A stretch of 64,000 nt of DNA from an uncultured delta proteobacterium (GTDB taxonomy: Bacteria; Desulfobacterota; Binatia; UBA9968): positions 1 through 64,000 of the forward strand of contig CAVSLC010000002.1 of NCBI GenBank assembly GCA_963728565.1, given 5' to 3'. Below are positions 61,350 to 64,000 of the stretch, piece by piece. Both the position numbers and the translations under genes were made by a program. The first letter of the stretch is position 1. Every line of letters starts with the position of its first letter. The notes beneath the pieces are model-generated. The model ran no database searches. It was given only the letters and a program-made list of their open reading frames with translations, and had not been told where the DNA came from.

Positions 61350-62807
61350 TCACAGCAATGGCGAGAGGAGCCGCGCAACCGAATCTCTGAAGCGCATCAC
61401 GGCGCTGCGCTTGTGATATTCCTCGGGGTCAAATTCCTTGCAATAAGTCAGGTCGCGCGCGAAATCCGCTTCCAGTCGCTTGGCGACTTGCTCGCTGTAG
61501 AATACTGCATTGAGCTCGTAGTTGATGCTGAAGCTGCGGATGTCGATGTTCGCCGAACCGATGGAGCAGATTTCCGAGTCGATGGTGATTGTCTTTGCGT
61601 GCAAGTAGCCCTTCTCGTAGAGAAACACTCGGACCCCCGCTGTGACGATCTCCTCGATAAAGGTGTTCCCTGCCCACTCCGGCAGCCTGTTGCCAGATGG
61701 CCGGGCGCTCACCATCACCTTGACGTCGATCCCCGATAAGGCCGCCGTCGTCAGAGCTTCGGCGAGAGTGGCGTCGGGAAGAAAGAAGGGTGATTGAAGG
61801 TAGACGTGTTGCCGAGCCGAAGCGACCATTAGAGCGTATAGCTGTCTGATCGCCGCCCACTGCGAATCCGGACCAGAGGTCAGGATCTGCACCGGGATGT
61901 TGCTTTCTACCGGCTCTGTCGCGTCAGTGGGAAAGTGCCTGGCTTGGAACAGATTCTCTCCCACCGCATTAAACCAGTCCACCATGAACGCTGCCTGCAG
62001 AATCGCTACGCTTTCTCCCACCAGCCGCACCTGAGTGTCACGCCAGCTGTCAAATCCTTCTCCGCCGTCGAGGTGCTCCTGGCCCATATTCATGCCGCCG
62101 GTATAGCCGATCACCCCGTCGATGACAGTGATCTTGCGGTGATTTCGATAACTGATCGTATGCAGATGATAGAGCGGCGATGTCGCAGCCATTCGAATGC
62201 CGCGCGCCCGCATGTCTCTGACATAGCGATGGCCCACATGTGACTGAGAGCCTTGCGGATCGTAAAGCAGCCGCACTTCGACACCGGCGCTCGCCTTCTC
62301 AATCAAAATTTGCTTCACCCGGTCGGTGAATGGGTCCACGCCCCAGATGAAATATTGGAGATGAATCGAGTGGCGCGCGGCCTTCAAATCTTCGATGAGT
62401 CTGGGGTAAAACGTCGCCGCATCCTGCTGGATCTCGACACGGTTGCGAGTTGTCAGCGCCGAACGAGAGTTCCGTCGCACCATCATTGACAGCTTTTTAC
62501 CAGCAGGAGTCGCGTTCGAAAGCCGCGCCAGCTCGCTGTCCTGCCGGGACAGAATAGGCGATAACAGCGGCCGCGCGTTGGCCTCGAGATCTTGCATCAG
62601 CAGCTTGCTGCGTTTGCTGAAGGCCTTGTTGTCTCTGCCGAAAAAAAGATAGATGAGCAGCCCGATCCCGGGAGTGAAAAAAAGCACGAGCATCCAGGCC
62701 AGAGTCGATTGCGGCCTGCGGTTTTCGGTGATCACTAAAATGCTCATTACCAGCGCATAAAGAGCTAGCAACATCGTCAGGATGGTGAAAAGATTTTCCA
62801 TGAGCAT
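61350..62807 (-). CDS. cls: Cardiolipin synthase
   Basis: N-terminal STLAW TM hairpin; two HKD motifs HRKITVID and HAKTITID; GSANIDIRS. Confidence 0.94.
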   Translation of the reverse strand: MLMENLFTILTMLLALYALVMSILVITENRRPQSTLAWMLVLFFTPGIGLLIYLFFGRDNKAFSKRSKLLMQDLEANARPLLSPILSRQDSELARLSNATPAGKKLSMMVRRNSRSALTTRNRVEIQQDAATFYPRLIEDLKAARHSIHLQYFIWGVDPFTDRVKQILIEKASAGVEVRLLYDPQGSQSHVGHRYVRDMRARGIRMAATSPLYHLHTISYRNHRKITVIDGVIGYTGGMNMGQEHLDGGEGFDSWRDTQVRLVGESVAILQAAFMVDWFNAVGENLFQARHFPTDATEPVESNIPVQILTSGPDSQWAAIRQLYALMVASARQHVYLQSPFFLPDATLAEALTTAALSGIDVKVMVSARPSGNRLPEWAGNTFIEEIVTAGVRVFLYEKGYLHAKTITIDSEICSIGSANIDIRSFSINYELNAVFYSEQVAKRLEADFARDLTYCKEFDPEEYHKRSAVMRFRDSVARLLSPLL

Positions 62808-62843
62808 GGCTGCTCGCCAGGCGCAGTATCGCGGTTGCGCGCG

Positions 62844-64000
62844 CTAATCTATGAACGCCGTGCTCGTTGAGGCCACGCCATCGTTCTCTGCCCGACTGCG
62901 AATTTGCAGCGCGCCAAAGCAGCGCGGTTCCTAGCCCACCCGCGACCAAAGAGGCAAGAAAAATTCCAACCTTTGCTGCGGCGAAATCCGATTCATCGGG
63001 AAATGCCTTGTGGGCAATGTAGAGCGACATGGTGAAGCCGATCCCGGCAAGCGCCCCGGCGCCGATCATCTGAACCCACGAATACTCCTGCGGCTTTACG
63101 GCGATACCGAGGCGTACGGCAAGCGCCGCGCCAAGCGCCATTCCGATGGGCTTGCCCAGGACCAGTCCGAGCACGATGGCGGAGACGAGCCGCTCGTGTC
63201 CTTGCAGGACCACGGCGGACCAGGCGAGGCCCGAGTTTGCGAGAGCAAACAGCGGCAGCACAAAATAACTCGACCACGGCTCCACGGAGCGCAGCAGCTT
63301 GGAAGCCGGGGATTCGATCCGATCGTGAATCGCATCCAGCGCGCGCAATGTTGGTTCGGAAGGGCCATGCCGCAAGACTCCTTCTTCAGCGCGGCGCAGC
63401 TCGTGGCCGATCACAGTCTCAGCCTGTGCCATCAACGCCCGGAGGTTTCCCGGCGGGCGCGTCGGCGTCAGGGCGGCGACGATGACCCCGGCCAGCGTAG
63501 GGTGCAGACCGGCACCGTGCAGGCAGCCCCACAAAACGATTCCGAGCAAAGCGTACGGCAGCGGCGCGTAGATACCGCCGCGATTGAACATGACCATCAC
63601 TGCTGTCGTGGCGATAGAGGCGGCCGTATATTGCAGACTGATGCCAGCGGAGTAAAACAACGCGAGAATCGCGATTGCGACGAGATCATCAACGACAACC
63701 GCGGCGGTAAGGAAAATCCGCAACTCCACCGGCACGCGCGGGCCTAACAGCGCAATCAGCGCGATTGCGAAGGCTGTATCGGTGGTCGTTGGAATGGCCC
63801 ATCCCGCGGCCAACGGACCTGACGGCACTACCAGCAGGTATAGAGATGCGGGAAGCAGCATGCCGCCAGCGGCGGCCGCCAACGGCAACGCAGCCACCCG
63901 GGCTTTGGACAAACGCCCGACGGTCAGCTCGCGCTTTATTTCCAGTCCGACAACCAGAAAAAAAATCGTCAGCAAGCCGTCATTGAACCAGTCTCTTAGC
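62844..64000 (-). CDS. nhaA: Na+/H+ antiporter NhaA (partial, starts beyond the window; probable C-terminal frameshift)
   Basis: [46 protein letters not shown]; as written the frame reads to 62497 through cls, while removing one G at 62891-62893 gives a stop at 62844. Confidence 0.9.

Noticed and set aside
62497-62843. Apparent 310-bp nhaA/cls overlap or fusion
   Set aside because: Different frames; a single-base indel at 62891-62893 restores a normal stop before cls
1-64000. CRISPR array, rRNA, tRNA or riboswitch
   Set aside because: No regularly spaced repeats or recognisable RNA gene signatures found by eye; an Infernal/Rfam scan would be needed to exclude them

Overview
Bacterial chromosomal window. 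Gene content (atypical M20 hydrolase and class II aldolase, split-cytochrome-b Rieske complex, sigma54 two-component systems) suggests a Deltaproteobacteria-like lineage such as Ca. Binatia; this taxonomy is inference only. There are three zones. (1) 1-14.5 kb is an intact core region: M20 hydrolase, ABC ATPase, MFS, DUF3750-like, ispF, FprA-like reductase, and a 7-gene Rieske/cytochrome b (b6f-like) operon with an octaheme coiled-coil cytochrome, a cupredoxin-like protein and two small membrane proteins. (2) About 14.8-52.1 kb is a decaying stress and ion-homeostasis region: three USP genes, PAS kinase plus NtrC-type activator, Rieske-FAD reductase, transaldolase, rnk, K+/H+ antiporter, baeRF3, Mrp operon, CaCA, nfeD-floA, receivers, and many pseudogenes, several being head-to-tail deletion scars. 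(3) 52-64 kb holds a partly decayed acyl-CoA cluster followed by ftsH, trxC, a PQQ sugar dehydrogenase, cls and nhaA. The most notable non-coding signal is a 26-27 bp motif found four times, each 62-143 nt upstream of a sigma54 -24/-12 box, three of them in front of USP genes: a candidate undescribed enhancer-binding-protein regulon. No tRNA, rRNA, CRISPR array, integrase or transposase was recognised. All calls are by eye, without database searches.
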